Shown: positions 25,911 to 38,180 of the stretch, piece after piece
Layout of the letters: each line of letters starts with the position of its first letter
How positions within the stretch are numbered: position 1 is the first letter of the stretch
From: Octopus sinensis
Taxonomy: Eukaryota
Direction of reading: 5' to 3'
DNA: 64,000 bases
Assembly: GCF_006345805.1 (NCBI RefSeq)
Contig: NC_043013.1
Coordinates: 28,954,001-29,018,000, forward strand
Made by a program: the position numbers and the translations under genes
Notes under the pieces: generated by a model
Seen by the model: only the letters and a program-made list of their open reading frames with translations
Told to the model about the DNA's origin: nothing
The model's database searches: none

Positions 25911-26070
25911 GGCTTCTTTCAGTTTCTGTCTACCAAATCCATTCACAAGGCTTTGGTCGGCCTGAGGCTATAGTAGAAGACACTTGTCCAAGGTGCCACA
26001 CAGTGGGAATGAACCCGGAACCATGTGGTTCGTAAGCAAGCTACTTACCACACAGTCACTCCTACGCCTA
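25620..26070 (-). mobile_element. S1 SINE (well conserved)
   Basis: Close match to 606-1047. Confidence 0.85.
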
Positions 26071-26969
26071 TATCACAATCATCTTTTACCTTTTACTAAT
26101 TTCAGTCCATACTGGAGCACTGCCTTGAATTTTTAGTCAAATGATTCAACCCTAGCCCTTATATTTTAAGCCTGGCATTTATTCTATCAATCTCTTTTGC
26201 TGGACTACTAAGTTATAATGATGCAATCACATCAGCACCGGTTGTCACACAGTGGTGAGGGACAAGCACATACATAGATATACATACATATCGTTGCTAT
26301 TATGCAAAAGTGTCGTAAGTCCAAAATGTTGCTTTTTAAGAAAATATAAAAATAGTTTCACCAAAACCGTTGTACTATACTTTGACAATTTTTAATATCT
26401 TAGCATCTGAAGCAGCTGGAGATACGATAGTTTGACCAAAGGAACTGGCTATTGCAAGTAAAAATATTGAAAAAAAAACGTCAGTTTAACATAATGGTTT
26501 TAGATTTTGCCACAAGGGCAGCCATTTCTTACAAGGAGGGAACTAGTTGATTACATCGACCCCAGTGTTTCACTGATACTTAATTTATCGACCCTGAAAC
26601 AATGAAAGGCAAAGCTGACCTTGGCAGAAGTTGAACTCAGAATGTAGCATCAGACGAAATACCACTAAGTATTTCACTTGGCGTGCTAACAATTCTGCCA
26701 GCTTGCTGCCTTATGAGAGTTTAATATAGTAGCAATGACACTTATACATACGTGCATGTGTTTGTCACTGATGTTTACATTTTTGCTGATGTATACTGGT
26801 ATAAGGTATATACGTAGATGCATACATATGTAGCAAGCTTCCGTACCTTATTTCCATCTATCAAAATTACACACTGAAAGCATTGTTTAACTCACACTTG
26901 AACAGTGTGCTCAGGTCAGTGTAGTATCACAGTGCAATACAATGGGACCGAATCTAAAACCACATAATC

Positions 26970-27430
26970 ATCATCATCATCATTTAACATCTGTTTTCCA
27001 TGCTGGCATGGGTTTGATGGTTTGACTGAGGACTGGCAAGCCAGGAGGCTGCACCAGGCTCCAGCCTGATCAGGCAAGGTTTCTACAGCTGGATGCCCTT
27101 CATAATACCAACCACTCCGAGAGTGTAGTGGGCGTTTTTGCGTGCCACCAGCATGGAAGCCAATCGGTGGGCACTGGCATCAACCATGTTCTGAGGTGTT
27201 TTTTATGTTCCACCAGTACATGGAGCAAGTCAGGTGGCACTGGCATCGACCCACATTCGAATGGTGCTTATTACATGTCACCAGTACAGGTGCCAGTCAG
27301 GCGGCACTGGCGTCTGCCATGACTATGATTCTGGTTTTGCTTGACCCGGACAGGTCTTCTCAAGCACAGCATATCGCCTGGCAATTCAAGGGTACTTTTA
27401 AATGGGCTAGTTATGCAACACTGGTATAGG
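26970..27430 (-). mobile_element. RTE-like LINE 3' end with 2-3 degenerate ~60-bp VNTR units
   Basis: (CAT)n tail, canonical 3' segment, repeated tttttatgt.ccaccag units, and gcacagcatatcgcc (reverse complement of the RYAVL-like ORF2 end). Confidence 0.6.
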
Positions 27431-27981
27431 CTGTGACATAAATTTCTTAATTCTGTAGTTATGGGAAAGACAAGATCTTGTGTTTTAGAATCTGATCGGT
27501 TTCTTTTATTTCTTAGCCTTTTCTTGTTTCAGTTATTTGCTGGGCCACCATCTTGAAGGGTTTACAAGAACAAATCAACCACATGACTTATTATTTGAAG
27601 TCTGGTGCTTATTCTATCAGTCTCTTTTGCTGAACTGCTAAGTTATAGGAAGGTAAACACATCAACACCAGCTGTCAAGCAGTGTTGAGGAGACAAACAC
27701 AGATGCTAAAACACACACCAACAGAGATATATACTGACACACTCATACACACAACACGCTTCTTTCAATTTCCGTCAACCAAATCCACTCGCAAGGCTTT
27801 TGTTGGCCCAAGACTATAACAGAAAACACTTGCTCAAGGTGCCACACAGTGGGACTGATCCTGGAACCATATAGTTGGGAAGCAAATTTCTTACCCCACA
27901 GCCACGACTGAACCTATGAACGGTTTAAGAATGGTTAACTTTTGTTGTGTTTCTGTTTCTAGACTCTTCCTAATATTTCAG

Positions 27982-28047
27982 CTTCATACTGTAAAGTAAT
28001 GAAATGCTTGTCATTTACACAACGCGTCCCTTATTGCTTTGCCTGTC
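27982..28047 (+). CDS. Candidate Cys-rich internal exon (66 nt, phase 1-1; alternative acceptor at 27963)
   Basis: Acceptors ttttgttgtgtttctgtttctag| and taatatttcag|, donor C|GTAAGT. From the 27963 acceptor only one frame is open: (TLPNISA)SYCKVMKCLSFTQRVPYCFAC. CpGs retained locally. Confidence 0.25.
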
Positions 28048-28220
28048 GTAAGTGCTAAAATTAGTTGGTAAACAACAATAGAGTACTTGACCAAATACCA
28101 TTGCTATATATAGCTTCGGTTCATCATTGTTTCATTTCCACATCCGGTTGGACTTGACTTCCATTTCTTCATTATCAGGATCATTAACGTTAAAAGCATT
28201 GGTCATATACTGGGATCAGT

Positions 28221-28252
<32 letters not shown>

Positions 28253-28285
28253 CTATATACACACACACACATATAGATATATACT

Positions 28286-28319
<34 letters not shown>

Positions 28320-28654
28320 GTCGTGGTGGATACTAGTGTCATGCAACTGGCACCCATGTCAGTGGCACTTAAAAGTACCCATTACACTCTTGGAATGGCT
28401 GGCATTAGGAAATGCATCTGGCCAAATCAGACTGGAATCTGGTGCAGCCCCTCAGCTTACCAGCCCTGGTCAAACTGTTCAACCCATGTGAGTGTGGACA
28501 ACAGATGTTAAAAGATGGTGATGATATATATATATATTTATATACATGTACATAAGTATGTATATATGTATGTTTGTATGTATGTATGTATATATCTATA
28601 TATGTATGTATATGTATATATTATATATGTATGTATATATATATATATATCTCA

Positions 28655-28842
28655 TGTGTACCATTGGCGATTTTTTTTTCCTCTGTCTTCCCTTCTCTGG
28701 ATCTTTCCTTCTCCTATGTTTCCAACGAAGAGCTCCGCGCGAAACGTTAAACCCTCCTTCTTTCCTGAGCGTCCAATAATACTATATTTGTTCCATGTCC
28801 TCGCGTTGTGTTTTTTTGTGCTTTCTTGTTTGGATTAACTTT
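28655..28842 (+). mobile_element. Penelope-like terminal-repeat remnant between (TA)n tracts
   Basis: CCAACGA-A-GAGC-TCC-GCGC-GAAAC-GTT at 28722-28748, with (TA)n on both sides. Confidence 0.4.
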
Positions 28843-28939
28843 ATATATATATATATATATATACACACACAGATCTATATCTACCCTGTGTTGATTGGTC
28901 TACAAACAGTTTGAAACCAAGCACTCCCACCTCAACTGC

Positions 28940-30175
28940 TGACAAAAAAGCAGTAGAGTCACTTCTCGATGATGCTGGTTATATTCCTGAAAAATTTCTG
29001 TCCCAGTCTGTTCCAGTTTTCAAAAAGGGAAACAAGTCCCTTGCAGTAAACTACTGTCTGATCTCACTCACTTCTCATATCATCAAGATATTTGAGAGGG
29101 TAGTGAGATCACGAATAACCCACTTTCTTGAAAACAACAGACGCTGAACCCCAGCCAACATGTGTTCTGTAACAGAAGGAACTGCCCAACACAGCTCCTG
29201 CATTACTTTGATGACATTTTGAGAGCTTTAGGAGAGGGCTCCAACACCAATGTCATCTACCTTAATTTCAGCAAGGCCTTTGACAGGGTTGATCATAATA
29301 TTCTCTTGAAAAACTAGCCAACGTTGGTGTCTCTGGAAAGTTACTACAATGGATCGTTTCCTGACAGACAGAACCCAACATGTTGTAGTCGAAGTAGTAA
29401 TAGCAAGCCCAGCCAAAGTCAGTAGTGGCATTCCAAAGGTACTGTGTTGGGCCCACTTCTTTTCATCATTTATATCAATGAGATTACTGACATGGCCTGC
29501 AAAATGTGTTCCTGGATTCTCAGAAATTTCTAGTTGAGGGATATCCACACCATTATCCTTCTCTTCTCCACTTTTGCCTGACCCCCACCTTGAATGCTGT
29601 TGTCCACTGTGGTTTCCCCACATGAAACAAAGTATCATGAAAGTTGAAGCACCTCAAAGGCCAATTAAAAACAAGATAGATGGCATGACAGGCCTTGACT
29701 ATTAGGGTTGACTAGAAAAGCTTAAACTTTACTCTCTCCAATGCTGCTGTGAGCATTACTTCATCTGCATGATGTGGAAAATATTCCATCAGCATTGTCC
29801 AAATGATGTTGGCATCACCTTTAAGGATGCATCCAAGACTTGGGCTCCATGCTATCCATCCACAACATAAATCACACTTGCATCTCATAATAATATGGCA
29901 CAATTATTTCACTTCAATTGGCCCCTCTTTTTAACATTACACCAAAATACATTAAAGCAGAAACAGACCCCATAAAGTTCAAAAAGTCTTTGGACAAATT
30001 CTTTCAAGAAATCCTGGATAAACCTCCTACACCCAGATATGTCTCCATAAACAGTAACTCTCTACTTGAGTGGGCCATGTCTGATTCATGATTTGAATGA
30101 CTTCACCAGGTGATGCTATTAAATTTGAAATGGCCTGGGCCAATACTGGCCGAAATCTATCAAAGTATCAAAGCA
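28940..30175 (+). mobile_element. CR1/L2-clade LINE, 5'-truncated, internally deleted, non-functional RT
   Basis: Across frameshifts reads PVFKKGNKSLAVNYCLISLTSHIIKIFER, NPSQHVF, VIYLNFSKAFDRVDH and GTVLGPLLFIIYINEI, then C-terminal PHLECCCPLWFPH, EKLKLYSLQ and FKKSLDKF. Short tandem tail (tatcaaag). Confidence 0.88.
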
Positions 30176-30399
30176 AGAACATATATATATATATATATAC
30201 ACGAGTGAGTGGACAAACAAAAGAAGGGCACTCAACAAATATATTGTGAGTTACATGTATAGATCAAAACAATTTGATTCAAATTCATTGGTACTCTTGA
30301 GTTTCAAGTGTGATGCTAGTCATCAGCCATTTTGAATTTGAATGACAGAAACTGGTTGTTATTACATCAAGGTGGGCTATGATTGATCGAGGAAGGTCA

Positions 30400-31810
30400 T
30401 ACAGTGTTGTGGTTTGATGTTAGTATTTGGGTAACAGTTAGTTGGAAAATACTGCATGGTGAGCAGGGAATTGACCATGTGAAGGACAGGAAATAAACCA
30501 TGTGGTGATTAGGAAATCGGTCAGGTTGTTGGGTGGGGTGGGGAGTAGGAAGGGGTGGCATGTGTAAGTATATAGTTCTATATGTGGGTGTGCAGACATG
30601 CTCATAGGGTTTTGCATGCATGTGTGTACTGATGCGAGCATGCACATCTGTATGTGGGTTCTCAAGCGTATGTCTGCACACACAAATATGTACACATGCA
30701 CACGCATACACATACACACATACGAATTCATTCACATGCATACCAGTGTGCATGCACACATGCATGCAAGTGCAAATGTGCATTCATGCATATGTGAGTA
30801 TACGTGTGCAAAACAAGTGTTGGGGATTGGTATGCGTTGAGGGTTGGTAAACGTTGGTGATTGGTAATTGGCGGTCCTGCTCATGGGGTAGGTTGGTAGC
30901 AGTGAACTTGGTGTAGACAGTGCAGAGTAGCAGCTAATGCTAAGGTGATATATCTGGGTTGGTAGTAGCCAGAGGCCAGAAATTTGCCAGAAGGGCAAAC
31001 CTCTGATGACAGCAATATGATAAATTGTATTTCTTGTTGATGGATAGTGCAGGTTGTCGGAGGATATGCAGTTTTTTGCAGAGGTAGAGCTGGCAGTCAG
31101 AGGCACTGGGTGAATATGGTGGCACTGTCGACAATAGTCCACTTGATGCTGGGTATTTCCTGCACCATGCGGTATTTTCCAACTAACTGTTACCTATATA
31201 CCAACATCAAACATTGATGACACTAATCATTACTTCCACCTCTTCAGCTCCTTTCTTACTTGTAATTCTTTCACTTCATACACAAGTTCTTGATGTTCAT
31301 TCACACCATGTGGTCCTCTTCATTCTACAGTATGGTTATCCCACCCCATCCCCACAAAGCTGTCAATACTTCCTGTCATGTATTAGCAACTAACTGGTTT
31401 TGTTCTAAAACACTGCTGCACCGCATAACACATCACTGCACCTGTTCTACCCAAACATCTCCACCCTGCATTATGACGCTGTGCACACACTACCTGTTAA
31501 CATCGTACTGCACTCATATCCTACATAACTCCCACACATTTCCACAAAAACCTTACTCACATAAACCCACTTTCACACAGACTTAATTTTCCTCCCCTGC
31601 TTGTTGCATTCATTTCCCTTCACTCAGAAATCTGCTTCTTTACTCCATGACTTCCTGTCAGCCACTAGAGTGTATTACTTGTGAGAACCAACATATTATT
31701 TTCTTTTCTTCCATTTTTTTTTCTTTTACTTTGCCTTCTTTTTGTCTTGATGAAAGACCATTGTTTGAAATGTCAACTTATTTCCATTTCCTTTCTCCTA
31801 CATCTTGTGA
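30400..31810. mobile_element. Degenerate repeat with ~60-bp inverted repeat and hammerhead-like motif (Penelope-like?)
   Basis: Arms at 30412-30475 and 31151-31212; TTGATGA-A-AGAC-CATT-GTTT-GAAAT-GTC at 31747-31774. Confidence 0.35.
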
Positions 31811-32932
31811 CGGCCTAGTGGTCAAGATGTTGCACTTGTGATCAGCAGATTGTGGATTTGATTTCAGGACTGGATGGTATATTGTGTTCTTGAGCAAATC
31901 ACGTTGCTCTAGTGCCTTGTCAAAGACATGTCAAAGAATGGACCTGCTGTTTCCTCTGTGTGTCATAAAAAGTAATTAAAAGAGGTAGGATTTGTGCACT
32001 GATTTTGTAAAAACCCTCACCGGCAATGGCAACCCAAATGGAAGCCATGAGTTGAAGGATTTGACAACTGAGTGGTAGAAAGGTGTCATTTACCAGGAGT
32101 GGTGAATCACCAACAAATAATGCTGGATGCAGTGATGCACTGTTGCAGTGCATGTCCTCGTACTACTACTACTACCACCTCCCCCACCACCACTACTATT
32201 ACACACACCTTTAATTACAGTGACCTTTTTATGTGCTTAGCACCCAGCACACTCTGTTACGCGGTTGGTATTAGGAAGGGCATCCAGCTATAGAAACCAT
32301 GCCACAACAGACAGTTGGAGTTTGGACAGCTCTTCAGCTGGCCAGCTTCATATCAAACTGTCCAACCCATGCCAGCATGGAAAGTGGACGTTAAATGATA
32401 TTGATGATGATGATCACTACAGCCAGAAATCTGTTCTGCTCGGGCCCCTTCTCTCATATTTTTATCCATCTTTTGTCCCCTTATCTCCTAGCATAAAATT
32501 GCCTGCTCAGTTTACAAACTGCAAACTCCTTACCTCTCAAATATGCCTTGGGAAATATATGACCAAAGGTATTTTAGTCATGATCATGCCATCTTGTTAG
32601 AGGTAATACACTTAAAATTACATATGGGATGATTTGGTGGGTGATTAATCTACTGTATCTAAAATGTCAGGTGACTGTATGAAAACTCTCTCTCCCTCTC
32701 CCCTCTCTCTCTGTCCTTACTTGTTTAATCATTTATTTAACTGATGTTCAGTATAGTGGATTGGTAGTAATTAGACTAAGGCCAAATATATTGCAGCTTG
32801 CTTGGAAATTTGACTACATTTGCATTTGTCGATGAAAGGGTCAAAGTTGCAGTGGTTTGTTAAACAGAATATAGCTGAAAACCAGTTTTTTCTTACATGT
32901 TTGAATATGTGACAAGCTGTTCTAACTATATA

Positions 32933-33326
32933 TCTTTATATATAAAAGTGAGGTTGTGTGCTGTCTGTCTCCTATGATTTAGATTCCTAACTACTCCCAC
33001 ATTTTGCGGTGCAGTTTAACCAAAACTGGGTATCTTATAGTCGTGATTCATATCGAGCCCTTCTGGGTATTGGCGTGCGTCTACGATGAGTCTACGATTT
33101 AAAAAAAAATTTACCATAAATTTTTCCCATTTTTAATGCATTTTTGGCATATATAAGGAAGTAACTCTTTAAAAATTTATTATTAAATCTCAGAACTTAA
33201 AAAGCTACAGTAACACCTCCCTTTGTGGTTAGCCATATTGAGATGGCTATTATACTTTACATCTCTAAAAATGCTTATATAGTTATTTCCCTTACAAACC
33301 CGAGCAACGCTGGGCGATACTGCTAG
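32933..33326 (+). mobile_element. Non-autonomous Helitron
   Basis: Starts A|TC, ends CTAG|T, with subterminal hairpin cccgagcaacgctggg (33299-33314). CpGs retained, suggesting a young insertion. Confidence 0.85.
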
Positions 33327-33378
33327 TATATGTATAAACGTTGATGCCACTGTGTTGATCCTAACTTCATAACTCCAG

Positions 33379-33462
33379 CAAACGCTTGTAAAGACTTTTT
33401 AAGATATGTGCATTTTGACTCTAAATGTTCATGTCATTCGGTGTGTGGGAGCAAATGAGCGA
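33379..33462 (+). CDS. Candidate exon (84 nt), Cys-rich frame ending in TGA at 33456-33458
   Basis: Branch-like cctaac (33360-33365), acceptor ctccag|, donor GA|GTGAGT; reads NACKDFLRYVHFDSKCSCHSVCGSK*. Confidence 0.22.
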
Positions 33463-33751
33463 GTGAGTCTTTTCAAGTTTAGAGATAGTAGAAGCTGGAA
33501 GCATTCATTACTTATATAATGGCTTTGGCTTTCATATACATACATATGTGTAAATGTGTGTGTGTGTGTGTGTATACACACACACATGAACACTGACATA
33601 TACATATATGTACGTATATATATATATATATATATATATATTCATACGAACATACACACACACATATATATACGTATGTATATACACACATGTATATATA
33701 TATATATATGTATGTATGTATGTATATATATGTATGTATGTATGTGTGTAT

Positions 33752-33889
33752 GTGGCTGTGTGGTAGGAAGTTCGCTGCCCAACCACCTGGTTCCAGGTTC
33801 AGTCTCACTGCATGGCACCTTGGGCTAGTGTCTTCTATTATAGCCTCAGGCCAACCAAAGTAGATTTGGTAGATGGAAGAAGCCTGTTG

Positions 33890-33924
<35 letters not shown>

Positions 33925-34130
33925 CTGTGTCCTCTTGCCATCACTTGACAACCAATGCTTGTGTGTTTATGTCCCCATAACCTAGCGTTTCGGCAAAAGA
34001 GACCGTTAGAATAAGTACTAAGCTTACACAAAAATAATTCCTGGGGTCAGTTTCATCGACTAACACCCTTCAAGGTGGTGCTCTAGCATGGCTACAGTCA
34101 AATGACTGAATCAAGTAAAAGAATAAAAGA

Positions 34131-34135
<5 letters not shown>
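33752..34135 (+). mobile_element. S1 SINE followed by (TATG)n(TA)n
   Basis: Full-length homology to family S1. Confidence 0.8.
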
Positions 34136-34161
<26 letters not shown>

Positions 34162-34199
34162 TGTATGTATGTATGTATGTATGTATGTATGTATGTATG

Positions 34200-34244
<45 letters not shown>

Positions 34245-34737
34245 TCACGTATGCCTACACACAAAACTGTTAGATGTTGAATATGAAAATATGACTATTA
34301 AATGTTATGTTAATTAGCATTGCTAATGTTCTATTGTTAACAGGTTTTGTCAACATAATTTTCATTGTAGACACAGCCACACAATTTAGATGTTTTTTTT
34401 TGCTGTAATAAGTGAGTCTGATTTGGTTGATTCTACAAACCATAATAATGCTTCTGAGAAATTCATCAGACAAAACACTCAGTAATATTGTGTAAGAATT
34501 GATGTTATTTTGGTCATGAGGTTCAGTATTAGCATTAACACCATAAATTGGCGGCAAGTTCTCTGCAAGTCATGCTTGTATTATGCAGTTTTACTTTCTC
34601 TTTGAGTAGTTTCATTTTACTTGCTCTTCTATCTTTTATGTATAGATTTCGTGGTGCAGCCTTCTGGCTTGCCAGTCTTCAGTCAAACCATCTAATCCGT
34701 GCCAGCATGGAAAGTGGACGTTTAACAGTGATGATGA

Positions 34738-34791
<54 letters not shown>

Positions 34792-34893
34792 CAAGCCATT
34801 GGAGGTGTCTTTTTGGTCACTTCAGGAAGCATCAGTCACATTGCTTTTTAAATCACACCCATCACCTTAAAGAGAAGAATGGACACATTAGAC

Positions 34894-35175
34894 CAGTGGT
34901 TCCCAAACTTTATGGGGTTGCTGCCCCCTTGACACACAAGCCACATTCCTAGCCCCCCCCCCCCCAGCACCACAAACGTATACCACTTTCTGCAGCAAAT
35001 TCAAATCAACAGTATTTCACAAATAAAACAACCTAATTAACCCATTATCTTTTCTTGGGGGGCAGAGTGTTACATCCACCGCCCTCTCTTGGCCACCCTA
35101 TTATTGCCCAACTTTTCTTCTTGATCTTTCTGCCACCCACAGAGGGGGCAGTACCACCCACTTTAGGAACCACTG
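34894..35175. mobile_element. hAT (Charlie-like) MITE with 8-bp TSD
   Basis: TIRs cagtggttcccaaa and tttaggaaccactg; TSD CATTAGAC at 34886-34893 and 35176-35183. Confidence 0.88.
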
Positions 35176-36677
35176 CATTAGACAATGTAGTCCTATTATC
35201 ATGATGTTTGCTTACCAAGTAAGGTCTCATTATACAATGTAGCCCCATCCTCCTCCTCTTCCTCATCATCTCATCATTATCATCATTTTTACTTTTGGTT
35301 ACAAAAGAAGGGCACATTAGATAATGGAGTCCCATCATCGTCACCATCACCATCATTCTTTTTAAATTTGCTTATCATGCTGGCGTGGGTTAGACTGGTC
35401 ATCATAGTCTGGTCCAAATTGTTTTCTTATATGGAGTTACTGCTCTCCTAAACAAATTGGAGGACCATATCTCACCCATATGTTCCATTTTTGGCTTGGT
35501 TTTACTGCAGAATGCCCCTCCTATCACCACACACTTTACTGTGTCTTGTGAAAGCGTTTTATTGTGACATGAGAAAGCTTGTTAGGTCATCAATGACACC
35601 AAAAGATCCTCTTGACCTTGTATTATCTCTGCTTGTTTGCCAACTACTTTAGAGACAGTATTAGGTGTGTTTCATCATGATTCCAGCAACAGTGAACTTG
35701 TCTTGTCTACTATAAGGCAAAGGAGTTTTCATAACTCTATGCTGTGTTTTTTTCTCAAAGCAACGTGACTCAGAACATGGCTAGCAAAGTATGATAACAG
35801 AGGAATCAGGAAGGCTGAGGAATGCCAAAAATTTTATGAGATGGTCAAAGCTTTTGATTGTGGTGTCTCTGGGACTATGTTTCCCAGTGTATCCTTCCAT
35901 TTTTAAGATGATTGCGTATGACTTGAGAGGAGGTAGAAGAGTTGGATCCTGTTGGTGCTGTGATTAATGTAATAATGCAAATCACACATTTGTGGCTACG
36001 TCTCATTGTAAAACATGGACTGGATTACTTGACAGCAAATCCACCTTTCTCTCCTTCTCTGCCCCTGTTTCACCCCCACCTCTTCACCCCTCTTTTACCC
36101 ATTCCCCTTTTCACTCCTCTCTTTCAACCATCACCCCTCTCTCTTCCCCTTCTACCCCTCTCCTCCCCTTCTCTTCTCTCCTCTCCTCTTCCTCTCTCCC
36201 CTTCTTCCCACTCCTGTCTGTATCTCTCTCCCTCTCTCTCTCTCTCTTTCTCTCTCTCGCACACACACAGGTATGGCTTTGTGTTTAAGAAGTTTGTTTC
36301 GAGACCATATAGTTCTGGGTTCACTCCCATTGCACAGCACCTTTGGGGAGTGTAATCTACTGTGGCACAATGGGTGTGTGTTTACTCCTCACCTCTTGAC
36401 AGCTATTGGCAAAAACAAGGCCAATTGAATGATAAGTTCCAGACTTATAAAAATCAATACCAGGATCAATTTCATCGACCAAATCCTTTGAAGTGGTGCT
36501 CCAGCATGACCACAGTCCAATGACTGAAACAAAAGTATCAAAGAATCAAAGAAGGAAAGAATAAACACATGAAAGAGATGTGAATGTAAAATCTCTGTCT
36601 CTGCTTAGCTGACAATTTTCTCTTCTAATCCTTCTAAATCTGTCCTCATCAATCACCTTTAATACTTTTAAATGCTG

Positions 36678-36840
36678 CCCCTCCTCCTCCCCTATCCCCC
36701 TTTCCTCCTCCCCTATCCCCCTTTCCTCCTCCCCTATCCCCCTTTCCGCCTCCCCTCTTCCCTCTCTTCCCCCCTTCCCCTCCTCATCTCCCCCCCTCAT
36801 CCTCTTCAACCCCTCCGCCTCCCCTTCTCCTCCCCTATCA
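36678..36840. repeat. 21-bp pyrimidine-rich minisatellite and C-rich tract
   Basis: cctcctcccctatcccccttt occurs three times, followed by degenerate copies. Confidence 0.85.
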
Positions 36841-36899
36841 GCCACTGTGGAAGGGATTGAAACCCCTCTCTGGCATACACCTGCAATTAACCTCTAATA

Positions 36900-37859
36900 G
36901 GTGAGGATGGCAAAAAGTTTGCTTCCCAACTACATAGTTCTGGGTTCAGTCCCACTGTGTGATACCTTGGGCAAGTGTCTTTCACTATGGCCTTGGGCTG
37001 ACCAAAATCTGCTGAATAGATTTGGAAGATGGAAACTGAAAGGAGTGTGTGTGTCTATTTGTGTTTGAGTTGTGCTTGACAACCAGTATTGGTTTATTTA
37101 TGTCCCTGTAACTTAGCATTTCAGCAAAAGAGACTGAGTACTAGGCTTATATATATATATGTTCTTTTATTCTTTTATTTGTTTCAGTCATATGACTGTG
37201 GTCATGCTGGAGTACCATCTTTTGTCGAACAAATGGATCACAGGATTTATTCTTTTGTAAGCCTAGTACTTAGTCTATCGGTCACTTTTGCCAAACCACT
37301 AAGTTACGGGGACATAAACACACCAACATCGGTTGTCAAGCAATGGTGGGGGGACAAACACAGACACACAGACAAATATATACATCATCATCATCATCAT
37401 TTATATATATACAACAGGCTTCTTTTAGTTTCCGTCTACCAAATCCACTCACAAGATTTTGGTCGATCTGAAGCTATAGTAGAAGACACTTGCCCAAGGT
37501 ACCATGCAGTGGGACTGAACCCAGAACCGTGTGGTTGGGAAGCAAGCTACTTATCACATAGCCACTCCTGTGCCTATATAAAAAGAAAGAGCAAGAAAGT
37601 ACTGGGTTTGATCCGTTTTACTAAACATTCTTCAAGGCAGTGCTCTTGTATAGCCAGAGTCCAATGAGTGAAATAAGTAGAGGATAAAAGAAGATAATCA
37701 GCAGGTGTTACTGTGTGCTAAGAAGCTTGCTTGGCAACCACATGATTCTGGGTTCAGTCCCACTGTGTGGCATCTTGGGCAAGTGTCTTTTACTTTAGCC
37801 TCGAGCTGAATAAAACCTTGTAAGTGGATTTGATAGATGGAAACTGAAAAGAAGCCTAT

Positions 37860-37915
<56 letters not shown>

Positions 37916-38180
37916 GTGTGTGTGTGTGTGTGTGTATTTATATATTTATGTGTGTTTTTGTGTCTGTGTTTGTCCTCACCCCACCATCCCCATTGCTTGA
38001 CAACCGATGTCGGTGTGTTTACGTCCCTGTAATTTAGCAGTTTGGCAAAAGAGACCAATGAAATAGGTACCAGGCTTACAAAAAATAATAACTCTTGGGG
38101 GGTCAGTTTCTTCGACTAAAAGGTGGTGCTCCAGCATGGCCGCAGTCAAATGACTGAAACCAAAAAAAAAAGAATAAAAG
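36900..38180. mobile_element. Cluster of three S1 SINEs in alternating orientation (+, -, +)
   Basis: About 36900-37145 (+), 37165-37575 (-) and 37700-38180 (+). Confidence 0.8.

Noticed and set aside
28911-29537. Active reverse transcriptase gene
   Set aside because: Multiple stops and frameshifts, no YxDD motif, no endonuclease domain or ORF1.
33456-33458. In-frame TGA read as selenocysteine (CGSK-U), continuing to the 38831 exon
   Set aside because: The phases are compatible, but the motif is not CxxU and I see no SECIS-like stem downstream of 38859. SECISearch would settle it.
34270-34557. 95-aa minus-strand ORF in unique sequence
   Set aside because: No recognisable domain or splice support; ORFs of this length are expected by chance across six frames of 64 kb.
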